64,000 nucleotides of DNA, taken from contig MU053629.1 of assembly GCA_013239625.1 (NCBI GenBank), forward strand, positions 1,143,567-1,207,566, written 5' to 3'. Of this stretch, positions 51,378 to 64,000 are shown piece after piece. Within the stretch, counting starts at the first letter, position 1; every line of letters starts with the position of its first letter. The position numbers were made by a program, and so were the translations under genes. The notes beneath the pieces are model-generated. The model was not told where the DNA came from and did not search any database. It saw nothing but the letters and a program-made list of their open reading frames with translations. This stretch comes from Lama guanicoe (Eukaryota).

Positions 51378-51430
51378 CTTCATCTTCCTCCTCCTCCTCC
51401 TCCTCCTCATTACTATCACTATTACTACTT
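51378..51430. repeat. (TCC)n followed by (TAC/TAT)n trinucleotide repeat
   Basis: cttcatcttcctcctcctcctcctcctcctcattactatcactattactact. Confidence 0.85.
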
Positions 51431-53117
51431 TAGGAGTTTGAGTCCTTACAACTCTACAACTCTGTGGGGTCAAGGCAAGAATTGCCCCATTTTGTAGTTG
51501 CAAAATTGAGATTAAGCGATTTGCCCTAAGGTGGATTTGGACTTATTTACAGAGTTACTTGCCTGGGTCACAGGACTTCCGCACCTCCTGTTTCAGTATT
51601 TAACCAGGAGACTTTGTGCATCCTGTATCCTCCCTCTCCCATCATCTCCTTGAAGGCAAAGACCACGTCTCATGCATCCCTGCCTTGCCCACCGTGCCTG
51701 GCAGGGAGCAGGCCCTCACACGTTTACTGTGCTGGGTTCTCCTGCTAACTGTGGGCTCGTTTCCTTTCCAGGGAAGCATACACCTCAGTTAATCCCCCTC
51801 ATCTCTCTATTCCCCCACGTGATTTTTGTTTTCTCCTATCAAAAAAGAAAAGAAAAATGATGTCCCTTGCTCAAGTTCAAAATCAACCCTCCGAGCTCCC
51901 CAGTGTCCCTGCAGGAGGTTTTGTTCTCTTTGGGACCACTCCTTGCAAAAGAAATCCGGTGGCTGGCCTCTAGTCCCGGGGGACAGCCTGCCTATGAGGG
52001 GCTCCACTGCCCTTCACGGGCCCGTCCGCCAGCGTGTGATGGCTGTGTCCCCTTCTTGCACGGCTGGAGACATTGTCAGGGCAGCCACTTGTCTCTGTGG
52101 CTTGTGAGTGAGGGAGAGAGGTGCCGTATGTGTGGGCACCAGGATGCCCCGGATCAGGGGTGTCGGCCACGGCTCCTCTCTGCCCCCCAGCCTCTGCGTG
52201 GGCAACGTGAGGCTTGATGTTGCGTTAACACTGCCCTCTCACTGGCGGCTACAACCCAGGCTGTAACTTTTTTCCAACTCATTCTCTGCTTTCACACTCA
52301 AGCCAAGTGCTCTGATACCAGAAAACCTCTCCTGGGATGGACTCTTTCTGAAGAAGCATTATTTTCCAGCTACAGTGAAAATGTGACTTTTCTCTTGAGT
52401 TACGACTTTGCCTTTTCTGTGGATTGGCTTCCTCCCATGATCATGATAAGGAGATCATGTTTATCTTCTAGTTTGTTTTTCCAACTAAAATCAAGACATT
52501 ATTTCTTTCCAGTTCATGAATTTCTCTGTTTTAGGCAAAACAGGAGTGGACCAAATTTCTGTTTTGAATTGTAACAAGAGATGAACATGGCACTGTTCAG
52601 AATGCCTCTCGTGACTTCCAACTGGGCATCACTGAGACCCAAGAGTGCAAGACTTACACTACCTGAGGACTTGACTTTTTCAGAGATAATGTCTAATGCA
52701 CGCAAAGGTAGAGAAAAAGAGCAAAATGAACCCCACGTCCCCCAGCTTTGCTAACTGACAGTTCACAGCCAACCCGGCTTCATCTCTGCCGTACCCACTC
52801 TCCCCCATCCCTGGATAATTCTGAAACAAATCCAGATATACTTCATCTGTGTATATTTCAGTATGTCTCTAAATCATAAGGACCCTTAAAACAAAAGCAC
52901 GTTACCATTACCACACTTAAAAAGTTAACAAGTCCCTAATAGTATCAAATCCAGTCAGAATTCAGATTTTGCCAATTATCTCATGTCTTTTTAATGGTTA
53001 TTTGTAAAATTCAGGATTCAGAGAAGGTCCACAGGGTGCAGTTGGTTGATGTGTTATGGCCTAGATCTCAATCTTGGGGGGGCTAAGCCTCATCAAAGGA
53101 CAACTGGCCCCACTCTT

Positions 53118-53724
53118 TTTAAAATCTTTTTTTAAAATTTTTTATCTAAATATAGTTGATTTCCAATGTTGTATTAATTTCAAGTGTATAGCAAAGTGAT
53201 TCAGTTATACATGTGTATATATATTCCTTTTCAGATTCTTTTCTATAATAGGTTATTAGAAGATATTGAATATAGTTCCTCGTGCTCTCCAGCAGGAACT
53301 TGTTGTTCATCTCTTTTATATATAGCAGTGCGTATGTTAATCCCAAACTCCTAATTTATCCCTCCCCCCCAACCCCCTTCCCCTTTGGTAACCATAGTTT
53401 GTTTTCTATGTCTGTGAGTCTGTTTCTGTTTTATAAATGTTCATTTGTGTCCTTTTAGATTCCACATCATGTGGTATTTTTCTTTCTCTTTCTGGCTTCA
53501 CTTAGTCTGACAATCTCCAGGTCCATCCATGTTGCACAAATGGCATTATTCTATTCTTCTCTATGGCTGAGTGGTATTCCATTGTGTAAATATACCACAA
53601 CTTCTTTATCCAATCATCTGCCCGTAGACATTTAGGTTGCTTCCATGTCTTGTTTACTGAAAACAGTGCTTCTATGAACATGGGGGTGCAGGTGTCTTTT
53701 CACGTTAGAGTTTTCTCTAGGTGT
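53118..53724 (-). mobile_element. 5'-truncated L1 with a perfect 16-bp TSD
   Basis: TSD aactggccccactctt at 53102-53117 and 53725-53740; L1 3'UTR motifs. Confidence 0.88.
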
Positions 53725-54549
53725 AACTGGCCCCACTCTTCCAAGGCTCAAAATCTCAAAGCCAGGCCAGCTCAGTCCATCCTTTGCCCTCAGGGTGGAT
53801 AATTGAGCCCCAAGTTTCCATCACCACCACCACCCTGGGTTGGCTCTCCCCATATCACAGTGCAGAGGCTCCCCGAGGGTCCCTGCCCCAGCCTTTCCTG
53901 TTGCCTGCCAGGCCCCTTTCTTGTTGCAATCAGATTTAACCAGGAGTAGGCCGGCTCCCGTGACACCACCCATCCTTTCTCCATAGCATGCCTTGGCTGG
54001 CCCCCTGCCGCACCTCCCCCAATACAACAAAGCAAAGCCACAGCCATCTTCCACAGCATCCGCCTGTCAAGGCCTTCAAAAGCCCTCACACCCTCCCCAA
54101 TTCACCCCCCTGGTCAGGCTGGCTCCCCCATCCTCAGGGCAGGCTGTGCCCACCAACTTTCACAGATGCTCTTAGGCTAAAATTTTGCTTAAAATGCCTT
54201 CTTCTTTCCTCTTCACCTTCCCAAATCTTTTTTACCTTCAAAGTCCAGCTCCAGTCTTGGGAAAGCTACCAGCTTTCCGCCTGCCTTGAACTCCAAGGCT
54301 TGCCTTTCCAGCTTCCCACAGTGCCTTGATTTGTCATTTAACCGCCTCACCTGTGACTGTCATCATAAACTTGCTCCAGACCAGAACTCTGTCTGCAAGT
54401 TTAGAAGGGCTTTGGAAGACAAGAACTTTTTGTCACATTCCTCCCTCATGTCTGAACACATAGTGGTACTTACTAAACACTTAATGAATTGATTTGGAGG
54501 GTTTCTTAAGCTCATTTCAGAAATCTAAGCATAAAGAGATGAGAGAAGA

Positions 54550-54630
54550 GTGTGCGCGCGCTTGTGTGTGTGTGTGTGTGTGTGTGTGCATTGCATGTGT
54601 ATGCGTGCATGTGTGTGCGCGCGTGTGTGT
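54550..54630. repeat. Alternating purine-pyrimidine (TG/CG/CA)n microsatellite
   Basis: gtgtgcgcgcgcttgtgtgtg...gtgtgtgcgcgcgtgtgtgt. Confidence 0.9.
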
Positions 54631-55095
54631 GGTGGTGGTTTTAGGAAGATGAGGTGACAGAACTATTTTCTGTTTTTTAATGGAGAGACTTGAGCACACT
54701 TCCATGCAGAAGGAAAGGGGAGTGGAGAGGAAGGATGATTCCAGGAGAAGGAGGGGCTGGTGCATGGGGTGTGGCCCCAGGCAGGGAGACAAGGACCTGG
54801 CCAGCAGAGATAGGAATTCGCTCTGGGCTGAAGGAGGCATTCAGGAACTGTTTGATGACTGGATCAGACCAGACTGCTGAAGCCTTCCCGGAAAGGAAAC
54901 CCATAGAGTGAAACACCCAGTCAGAAATCCTGGAACTCAGCAGGCCTGCAAACGTGATCAAAGAGGATTGGCCATGGGAAGACAGGCCATCTGAGATGCA
55001 TGCAGCCAGGGTTCACCCATGAGCCTAAAAATGTCAGTGTGATTTTTAACAAATGAACTTATATTTGCCTATTTTCTTAATACACCTTGTATCTT

Positions 55096-55903
55096 TTTTT
55101 TTATTGAAGTATAGTCGGTTTAAAATGTGTCAGTTTTTGATGTACAGCATAATGTTTTAGTCATACATCTACGTACATGTATTCCTTTTCATATTCTTTT
55201 CCATTATAAGTTACTGCAAGATATTGGCTACATTTCCCTGTGCTATAACAGTAGGAAGTTGTTGTTTATCTATTTTATATATAGTAGTTTGTATCAGCAA
55301 ATCTTGAACTCCCAGTTTATTCCTTCCACCCCTCCCCCCTGGTAACCGTAAGTTTGTCTTCTAGGTCTGTGAGTCTGTCTCTGTTTTATAAATAAGTTCA
55401 TTTGTGTCATTTTTTAGATTCCATGTGAGTAATATCATATGGTATTTTTCTTTCCCTTTCTGGCTTACTTCACTTAGAATGACGATCTCTAGGTCCATCT
55501 ATGTTGCTGCAAGTGGCATTATTTTATTCTATTCTATGGCTGAGTAGTGTTCCATTGTGTGTGTGTGTGTATACCACATCTTCTTTATCCAGTCCTCTGT
55601 CAAGGGACATTTAGGTTGCTTCCATGTCTTGGCTATTGTATATAGTGCTGCTCTGAACATTGGGGTGCATGTATCTTTTCAAATTGGAGTTCCCTCAGAT
55701 ATATGCTCAGGAGTGAGGTTGCTGGATTACCTGGTAAGTCTTATTTTTAGTTTTTTCAGGAATCTCCGTACTGTTTTCCATAGTGGCTGCACCAAACTAC
55801 ATTCCCACCAGCAGTGTAGGAGGGTTCCCTTTTCTGTACACCCTCTCTAGCATTTATCGTTTGTGGATTTTTTAACGATGGCCATTCCGACTGGTGTGAG
55901 GTG
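55096..55903 (-). mobile_element. 5'-truncated L1 with a ~17-bp TSD
   Basis: TSD aatacac(c/t)ttgt(a/g)tctt at 55079-55095 and 55904-55920; extends into the ORF2 C-terminus (tacattcccaccagcagtgtaggaggg). Confidence 0.88.
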
Positions 55904-57244
55904 AATACACTTTGTGTCTTATTTTAAAGTTTAATTACAGAAAGTTTCAAAGTAAGTACAAATATAAAGAGTGTAATATAATGCCCCCAGGTACCCAGCT
56001 ATTCGTGACTAATTTAGTTTCATCCATGCCCCGACCCAATCCGTTCCCCCTCTGCTGGATTACTTTGAAGAAAATCTTTGGATGCTTACATATAACTAAA
56101 GGTAAGAACTCTTTACAAATAACTACAGTGTCATCTTCACATCTAAAAACTGTTAACAATAATTTCTTGATGTCATCAAATATCCAGTGCGTGTTCAGAT
56201 TCCTCCAGTTTTCTCACAAGCTTATGTAACATTTTGTTTGAATCAGGGTCCAAATAAGGTGTATCACAACTGGTTGATATTTCCCATAATTGTCTTTTTA
56301 TCTATGGGCCCTCCTTTTATATTTCTCCAACATGGGTGTATTTACATATGTATGTACAGACTCACTACTGCCTTGGGCAAACAGCAATTTATGCCAGTAA
56401 ATGAAGGATAATTTTATTATTTTATAACCTGTTTGCAGACATGGCATAAGGGTAAGTAAAAAGTTTATGGGCTGAGTCATTTCTTATACATTCAGGTTAT
56501 GTAAATTACAGCATATATTGTACTAATAAAAGCATATAGAGCTCCTTAGAAGGCAAGACTATGCAAAGCCTGGTTCAGTTTGATTACTGTTTCTCACTGA
56601 CCACACTTTCTCACTAACTGCATCCTGTATGCTTAAGAATAACAACAATTTTAATGAAAATAAATATTGTTTGTAACTTGGACTGTATTGATGAGTCTGG
56701 ACCAAAAAAAAATTCATTCATTATTATCCCGTTTTGAGGTTTGTCTTTTTGGGCCTAAGTTGGTCCCTCAGACCTGCCTGGCAACCCGGACAGTCATGGT
56801 AGCCACACGCTTGGGGTAGACCCCTTAGTGTCCGTGTGAACACTCAGGCGGTCAGCCACCTGGGCAGCTGGTCCTGGGACACTGTCTCCAGGGCACGTCT
56901 CTTTGGACTGGCTACCAAAATGCAGTCAGATCAAGGTTTACACATTCTAGATGCTGACACGTCCTTTTTTCAACCAACAGTCAAAATTTTAGTAAATTTT
57001 CATTTAATAAAACTTTTGATTAATCCCCACAGTTTGTTTTGTAAGGGGATCTGTCTATAATAAAAATATGCCTAGTCTGGGCATGTATATTGATATGAAA
57101 ATGATCACAGCTTGTGTATCAACTTTGAATACACATTTAATCAAATAGGTTATGTTTGTAATTTTAAAAAACGAGTATTCAAATGTTGAATAAAGGAGGA
57201 AATCACTAAATACCCTCCTTAGACTGCTATTTAATTTTCTTCAT

Positions 57245-57560
57245 TGTGAATTTTTTTAATTAACAGCAACATTATTTATAATTGCCAAGGTATGGAAGCA
57301 TCCCAAGTGCACATCAATAGATGAATGGATAAAGAAGATATGGCATATATACGCAATGGAATACAACTCACTCATAAGTGAATTTTTTAAAAATCGAAGT
57401 ATAGTCAGCTTACAATGTTGTGTCAGTTTCTGGTGTATGGCATGATGCTTCAGTCGTACATATACATACATATATTCCTTTTCATATTTTTTTGTTATAG
57501 GTTACTACAAGATACTGAATATAGTTCCCTGTGCTACACAGTAGAGACTCGTTGTTGAGT
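57245..57560. mobile_element. L1 fragments in opposite orientations (+ 57255-57378; - 57385-57558)
   Basis: L1 3' motifs on both strands; flanking repeat tgct(a/g)tttaatttt. Confidence 0.7.
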
Positions 57561-57579
57561 GCTGTTTAATTTTGAAGTT

Positions 57580-57960
57580 AATTCATTCATTTCTTCAACA
57601 AATGTGCCTACCATGAGCCAGGCACTGTATTAGGTGTTGAAGATACAATGGAGAACACAACAGATCTGGTCTCTGAAGCCACAGAGCTTACATCTCAGTG
57701 GAAAAGACTGATCATAACTACAAATAAGCAAACCAATACATACGTAAAATAAATACAGTCTGCAGCCAGTGCTGTGAAGGAGATAAACAAGGGCTGTGAT
57801 GGAGGAAAACGGAGGGACCACTGTGGACCAGGTGGTGCAGGCAGGCTTCTCAGAGGAGGTGCCATTGAAGTTGAGACTTAAAGAATGAGATTGAGGCCAC
57901 CCTGAGTCAAAGCTGAGGAAGGGCACTCCAAGGGGCTGGCACAGAGCACTCAGAGGCCTG
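57580..57960 (-). mobile_element. L2 fragment
   Basis: ttcattcatttcttcaacaaatgtgcctaccatgagccaggcactg...ggcttctcagaggagg. Confidence 0.7.
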
Positions 57961-57977
57961 CAGCAGCAGAGAGCTTT

Positions 57978-58001
57978 TGTGTGTGTGTGTGTGTGTGTGT
58001 G
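57978..58001. repeat. (TG)n microsatellite
   Basis: About 12 TG units. Confidence 0.9.
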
Positions 58002-59582
58002 CCGTAAAGACTCAGAAAGAACCTAGGCGTCATCTGGCTTCCCCTTGGCCAGGCTAGGTGATGCCCTGTGGCAAGGCTGAGTGGGAGTCATTCAGCACGG
58101 GCTCAGGTACACTCCTCTGTCCATTAAAAGGTCCTCCTTTTGAGGGGCTGGCGCCCACCTCTCCCTGGGGGTCACCCATCCTCCGCGGTCCTTTGGCTGG
58201 AACCACAGAGAACACGAATAAGCCATAGGACCCCATTCAGAAGGGAAGGAGGCCTTTGTGTCCTCTAAATCCTCAGTACCACACATTCCCAGGATATTGT
58301 TAAGATGTAGCAATCACATTTAAAAATATGTAAAATATATACTTTACAGCCCCTGCAGTTCACTTCTGATTAGAAGATACATGGCTTCTTATAAAAGTCC
58401 AGTGGGTTCAGCCTGTTGGCAGTAAGGGGTTCCCACAGCATCTACCTTGGCTGGATTCCCGCCCCCTGAGCCGAAGGCCACATTCTGCTGACTCTGCCTG
58501 TTTTCTCGCCCATCAAGTGGAGAAGCATGGCCTCAAAGCCCGAGATCCTGCTTAGCAGGAAGGAGGCTAGCGGGGGTGTGGGTTAATGATTGATGGATGA
58601 AGTCTTACGATTTTATTATAAACAGAGGCCAAGGGGCCAAACTGGCACTGATGCTTTTTCTTTGTTAATGTTACAGATGAATCAGAGACAGGGCAGAGAG
58701 CAGGGGCTCAAGAGTCGGGGGGCTCATTATTTACAAAGCTTAAAGCCGGACTGCCACGGCAGGCCCGTTTGTCTTCCTTGGATTTTATGTTACAGATCGA
58801 TAAAAATAGAAACGCTGACCAAAGATGCTCTAATCCATACTTGATATCAAATTTTTCTCTTTATTATTTCAATTTTTGTTTGGATTGGCTTGGGCGGGAG
58901 GAGACTGGGACTGAGTGAAGTCCTCCCAGGCCACTCTTTGGCATCCTTTCTGGTTTAGCCATGGCAGTGGGGCCAGTAATGCAGGCTGCAGGTGAGAAGA
59001 GGTGAGCCGCTAGGCTGGGACCGCCGAGCCAGCCCTCTGCCAGCCCTGGGAAGGCCTTGCCCTCCGCCTTGCCGTGTCTAGAGGGCCCCTCCCTCTCCGA
59101 TAATCTCTCCGGTATTGCTGAGGTTGGGGGCGGGGGTATCAGTGTAGGTTAGGAGGAAAGGCTTTGGAGTCATTTACACTTTGGTGTCCAGGCATCTGGC
59201 AGGCTCCTTCTGGAGGGAAGGCTTCTAGAGGGAGGAGGCTGGGGCTTCCAGGCTGCCAAAGGTAACTGGTGACCGCTACTCACTTCTGCTCCTGGGCCTC
59301 TGCCCCCTGTTAGGTTCCGTTGCCTTAGAGTGTGTCTGTTGTGGGGAAGCCCTGCCCACCTCTCTGGGCTTCTCTAAGCCTGCTCTCCCCTCTCCTTTTC
59401 ATTTGCAGCAATGCTGAGACACAGCAAGCTGCTTCCCATCTCCTAGAAACACCGTCTCCCTGCCCCTCTCACCCCCTAAGGCAGGATCAAGTGTTCCCCC
59501 TCCTCAGTGCTCCCGTGGAGCCCTTTACATTTCTCGTTCCTACAGTTAGAAAAATCATATTTCACATCTTTGCACCCCCATA

Positions 59583-59745
59583 GACCAGTGGTTCTCAAAG
59601 CGTAGTCCCTGGAGAAGCATCGCCATCATCATCACCTGGGAGCTTGTTAGCAATGCAGATTCCTGGGCCCCGCCCACCGCAGACAATCTGACCCCGACCC
59701 TCCGGGTGATTCTGATGCTCGCTGACAGTTGCAAACCATCGCAAT
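59583..59745. mobile_element. MER5A-like element
   Basis: ccagtggttctcaaagcgtagtccctgg...atcacctgggagcttgttagcaatgcagattcctgggccc. Confidence 0.75.
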
Positions 59746-60259
59746 GGGCTCTCAGCTCTCACCTCATTCATTCTTGTATCCCTGACTCCTCCCACTGAGC
59801 CTGGCACATCAGACTGCTCAACACATGGTTGAACAACGAACCACTATGAAGTTAGACGAGTTGCTCAGGTGCTAGCAGCCTGGGCCCGATGGGGAAGCCT
59901 TCCAGGCCTACCGCCCGGCAGTGCTCAGGGCGCGTGACTCTCTTTCCTCTTCTTTGACTGGTTCACAAAGGAATTGTGGTCCGTGTAAACACGCTGAGTC
60001 CCCAGTAGAGCCAGACATCCGGCCCTACCCTCCTAAAAAAAAGAATATTAAAAATATTCTTTCTTCAGACTCAGGCAAGGACTGATAACCACCTCTGAAC
60101 AGGAAGGACTGCAGACACCATCTTTTTAATGCACTGTTATGTGTGTAATTATGGAAACAATTACAGCGTTTAAGGTCATCTTTATTCATTGTTGACCATT
60201 AGGAACATCACTGCCTTTTTCTAAATCTGTTTTCATGGCTCATTTCACACCTTTCATCT

Positions 60260-60712
60260 TTTGTGTGTGTGTGGTAAAATATACATAAAGCAAAATTTAC
60301 CTTTTTTTTTTTTTTACCATTTTAAAAAGTGAATCCAGTGGCATTAATTCTATTCACACTGTTGTGCACCCATCATTACCAGTCATTTCCAGAACTCTTT
60401 CCATCATCCCAAATGTACACTCCTGGTGGGAATGTAAAATCATGCAGCCATTGTGGAAAACAGTTTGGTGATTCCTTAAAAAGTTAAACATAGAATTGTC
60501 ATATCCGGCAATTCTACTCTTAGGTATACACTCAAAGGAATTGAAAGCAGGGACTCAAACAGATACTATGTGTGCTATGTACACCAAGGTTCATAGCAGA
60601 ATTATTCACAATAGCCAAAAGGCAGAAATAACCCAAGTGCCCACCAACAGATGAATGGATAAACAACATGTGGTACATACATACAATGGAATACTGTTCA
60701 GCCATAAAAGGT
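60260..60712. mobile_element. L1MB-type element with an internal inversion
   Basis: Minus-strand L1 3' end (60260-60422) joined directly to plus-strand ORF2-end/3'UTR sequence (ctggtgggaatgtaaaat...cagccataaaa). Confidence 0.7.
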
Positions 60713-60773
60713 TCATCTCACTTTAATGTACAACATCCTCTCCAAGAATCTAACCAACTAAATGTCTGAGGAG

Positions 60774-61008
60774 TGGGTGGAAAGGGATAAATTGGGAGTT
60801 CGAGATTTGCGGATACTAACTAAACAACAGGTTCATACTGTATAGCACAGGGAACGATATTCAATATCTTGTAGTAACTTACAGTGAAAAAGAATATGAA
60901 AAAGAATATGTATCTGTTCATGTGTGACTGAAGCATTAAGCTGTACACCAGAAATTGACACAACATTGTAAACTGACTATACTTCAATAAAATATATATA
61001 TTCCCCCA
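60774..61008 (+). mobile_element. Lineage-type L1 3' end with a 14-bp TSD
   Basis: TSD aaatgtct(g/a)aggag at 60760-60773 and 61009-61022; ends aactgactatacttcaataaaa. Confidence 0.85.
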
Positions 61009-61144
61009 AAATGTCTAAGGAGAGCCGACAGGTTTCTATATTTTCATAACATTTATCACAGAAGCAAATTTATGTAAGATGCTCACTAAACACTCACTGG
61101 TTGAAGGACACTCTGTATGTCACGTGGTCTAGACTGAGAAGAGT

Positions 61145-61512
61145 TGGTGTCAGACTTTGGTGTGCATCAGAATCCCCTGGAAGTTGTGTTAAAACACAGC
61201 TCTCTGGGCCCCACGCTCAGGGTTTCTGACTCAGAAGGTTTTGGGCGCAGTCCCAGAACCTGCATTTCTAACCAGTGCCCTCCCAGGTGATGGTGGTCCT
61301 TCTGGTCTGGGACCATACTTGCAGAACCACGTGTCTAGCACAGTGCTTCACAGCCCTGACTGCACACTGGAGTCTCCCAGAGCTTCTAAGCTTGCCCCTG
61401 GCCCCAGCCTCTGAGATCTGGTTTAATTGGTCTTGGGTGGGGTCCAGATACAGGAGGCTATACACAGCTGCCCAGGTGATTCTAATCGAGAGCCAAATTT
61501 AAGAAGCACTGG
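61145..61512. mobile_element. Two adjacent MER5-like elements
   Basis: gtgcatcagaatcccctgg...ggaccatacttgcagaaccac, followed by cagtgcttcac...ccaggtgattctaat...agaagcactg. Confidence 0.65.
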
Positions 61513-61589
61513 AGGAACGCCCTCAGCAGATTGCTGGCGCTGGGGTTGGAGCTGCAGCTTTCTACTCTCCATGTCCAGGTAGGATTGCT

Positions 61590-62040
61590 TTTTTAAAAAT
61601 TAATTTTTATTGTGGTAAAATATATAGAACATAAATTTATCATTAGTGACATTTAGCATATTCACCATGTTGTACAGCCATGGTGAAGTGTTTAATAATT
61701 CTGTTTAAAACAGAAGTAAACCACAGTTTAATTCCAGAACATTTTCATTGCCCAAAAGGAAACCCCATACCCACTAAGGGGTCATTCCCCACTTCCCTTT
61801 CTCCCCCTCAGCCCTTGGCAACCACTAATCTACTTTCTGTCGCTATGGACTTGCCTCTGCTGGATATTTCATATCAGTGGGATCATACAATTTGTGTCTG
61901 GCTTCTTGGTATAACATGGCATAGTGTTTCCACGATTCATCCATGTTGTAGTATGTAGCAGGATTTCATTCCTTTTCATGGCTGAGGAATATTCCATTGT
62001 ACGGCTATACCACAATTTGTCTCTCCATTCGTAGGGTTGC
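61590..62040 (-). mobile_element. L1MB-type 3' end
   Basis: ttttattgtggtaaaatata...ggcaaccactaatctactttctgtc...ccttttcatggctgag. Confidence 0.8.
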
Positions 62041-64000
62041 TTTTTGTTGTAGGTTAAATATTTGACTCTGGGTAGCTTCCGTAAAATAAGTTGTTGAGCG
62101 AAATAAAGCATTGGAGTTTCTCCTGTACGGGTTTTAGAAAATTAACTGTGAACTGAGCTGGTGTGAGAGGAAGTTAGAGATGATACAGCCTGGTTTCCTG
62201 GAAACAAGGGTCTGGGGGCGAACGAGGCTATGATTTGTAATAAGCTTCTGAACAGAAAGGGAAAACTTCAAATAATCGTGATAATAAAGGCATGTTCCCT
62301 ACAAGGTGATGAAGCAATGTTCCCTGGGACCGACAGAAAATTGGTGGGAGAGCAAATAATGTGAGCAGGGCTGCCTCGGTGACAGGCGCCTTTCCTGGCA
62401 GAGGGAGAGGCTGGAAAATGTCACAGGTGCTTCTCATTGTCAGTGTGGCTGCCGCCTCCGGCCGGCAAAAAGCTGCTCTTGTCTCCCGCCCTCTCCCCAT
62501 TCACCTTCTCAGCGCTTGTCTTTGCTGAAAGTGTGAGGCTGTGGGTGAGGAGCTGTGGTTTGATTTGGCGGATAGACGGTAGGTCAGGGACTGGCCTGGA
62601 ATCTAAGTTGAATGCCGCCCTGAACAGGGCTTCTAGTTGTGGACTTTCGATATCTGTTTACTAGGACAAGTACCTCCCCTTCCCTCCCGCTCTCATTCCT
62701 TGCCTCCCCTTGGCAGCCAAGCATCTATAAGGATTGTCTACAGCGCTCACTTCGGCATCTCCACTTCCCGCTCAGACCTCACTGCTCGGGGGCTCTGATT
62801 TCCAGACTCACATCCCACTGAATTCAGATAGACTCTTCAGCCCTCCTTCTTCTTGCAGCCCTCGCTCCCAGTCCCCCCACTCTTTCTGAACCCCTCTTCT
62901 CCAGGTTTCTGGGGACATTGCTCTGTTTGAGTTGTGCCCCACTCTCTGTAGCTGTCTGCCCTTTAATGTCAGCTGCCCCCGTGGTTTTGTCCTTGGCTCT
63001 TTCTTTCTCACTCACACTCCCCTGGAGTGATCCTGCCCCTCCCATGGCTTCAACCACCCCTGCCCTGCCCGGGGTTTCCTCCTGAGCCCCAGGCCCATCG
63101 CCTGCTGGACATGCCCACTGGATGCTCCTTGGCTTCCTACAATTGGACGTGGCTGGAGGGGGAGGCAGACGGGGAAACAATTTGAAAAATAACCACATCC
63201 ACTATCTCGTGCCCTCATCGTCCTCCCTCCAAAACCTCCTCCACCTCCTTTGAGGTCCTCCATCTCAGCTAGGGTACTGCTCACCACACCCAAAGCTGGG
63301 AATCACAGCCAACACCTTCCTCGCCTCTTCTTTGGCCTCCATTTCTAGGCACAGAGACATAATTTTACTCTTTTAGGTGTCTTTTAAAAATGTTTATTTA
63401 AAAAAAATTTAAACACAGGAAATTCCTAAGAATAACATGATGAATTCTCATATACTCTTCACCTAGAATCACTAGTTGCTCACTTTTTGCCACATCTGCT
63501 TTGTTACTCTCTCTATACCCGTACATGTATGTTGTCATTATTATTTCTGAACAATGAGCAGTCAGGAAATTTAACAATTAATACAATACTCCCATCTAAT
63601 ATATAATCAATATTCAAATGTTCACACTCAATCTCACAGCATCTTCCATAGATCATCTATGACGTATAAAAGGGGAAATGTAATAGTAAAATGGAGCGCT
63701 ATCAGGAGCTGTAAGATATTATCGTCAGCATGTGACCAAAATTACCACCAACAGTGGGACAACTGATGTCTCACGTGCCCCTGATGCAGAGCCCGGTGAA
63801 GGACACACCACTTCCGGGCTCTTCATGCCCAGAACAGACAACGTGAATCTCATGAGAAACCCTCTGACCAACCCAGATGGAGAGACATTCTGTGTGATAT
63901 CTGGTCTACATGCTCCAGGAACGTCAAGGGCATGAGGGAGCTAACGAGGTGCCACAAATAAATGCAATGGGTTATCTGAACTGACTCCCAGATTGGGGGA

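Noticed and set aside
51538..51548. tggacttattt, resembling the 21-bp CA12 exon 2
   Set aside because: Wrong strand and no splice context; no exon 1 or 2 match found on the minus strand, so they presumably lie beyond 64000.
1..64000. CRISPR arrays, operons or other prokaryotic systems; APH1B exons 1-4
   Set aside because: The sequence is a mammalian intron/exon locus with no repeat-spacer arrays; earlier APH1B exons were not found and should lie upstream of the window.

Overview
Mammalian genomic DNA, most likely a camelid (alpaca/llama/camel), inferred from several copies of a tRNA-Ala(AGC)-derived vic-1-type SINE. The window covers the convergent 3' ends of two genes. APH1B (gamma-secretase subunit, + strand) contributes its last two coding exons (10952-11079, 15060-15227) and a ~3.3 kb 3'UTR. 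CA12 (carbonic anhydrase XII, - strand) contributes exons 3-11 (48159 down to the stop at 30449) and a 3'UTR to ~27700; exons 1-2 were not found in the window. Every exon has canonical GT-AG boundaries and the reading frames join. The rest is intronic or intergenic and rich in L1, L2, MER DNA transposons, LTRs and SINEs. Most notable observations: (1) a ~3.8 kb poly(A)-tailed insertion that splits an old MLT1 LTR in APH1B intron 4 and carries a short, disabled CTAGE/MIA2-like retrocopy plus unspliced flanking DNA; (2) a His->Tyr change in the conserved ELHxVH motif of CA12; (3) several apparently new N-glycosylation sequons in CA12; (4) a 5'-half tRNA-Cys tailless retrocopy with a perfect 15-bp TSD in the CA12 3'UTR; (5) a 19-nt copy of the APH1B exon-5 splice donor 1.5 kb downstream. 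I found no evidence of a wholly new multi-gene system. Repeat family names and comparisons to human proteins come from recall, not from database searches, and repeat boundaries are approximate.
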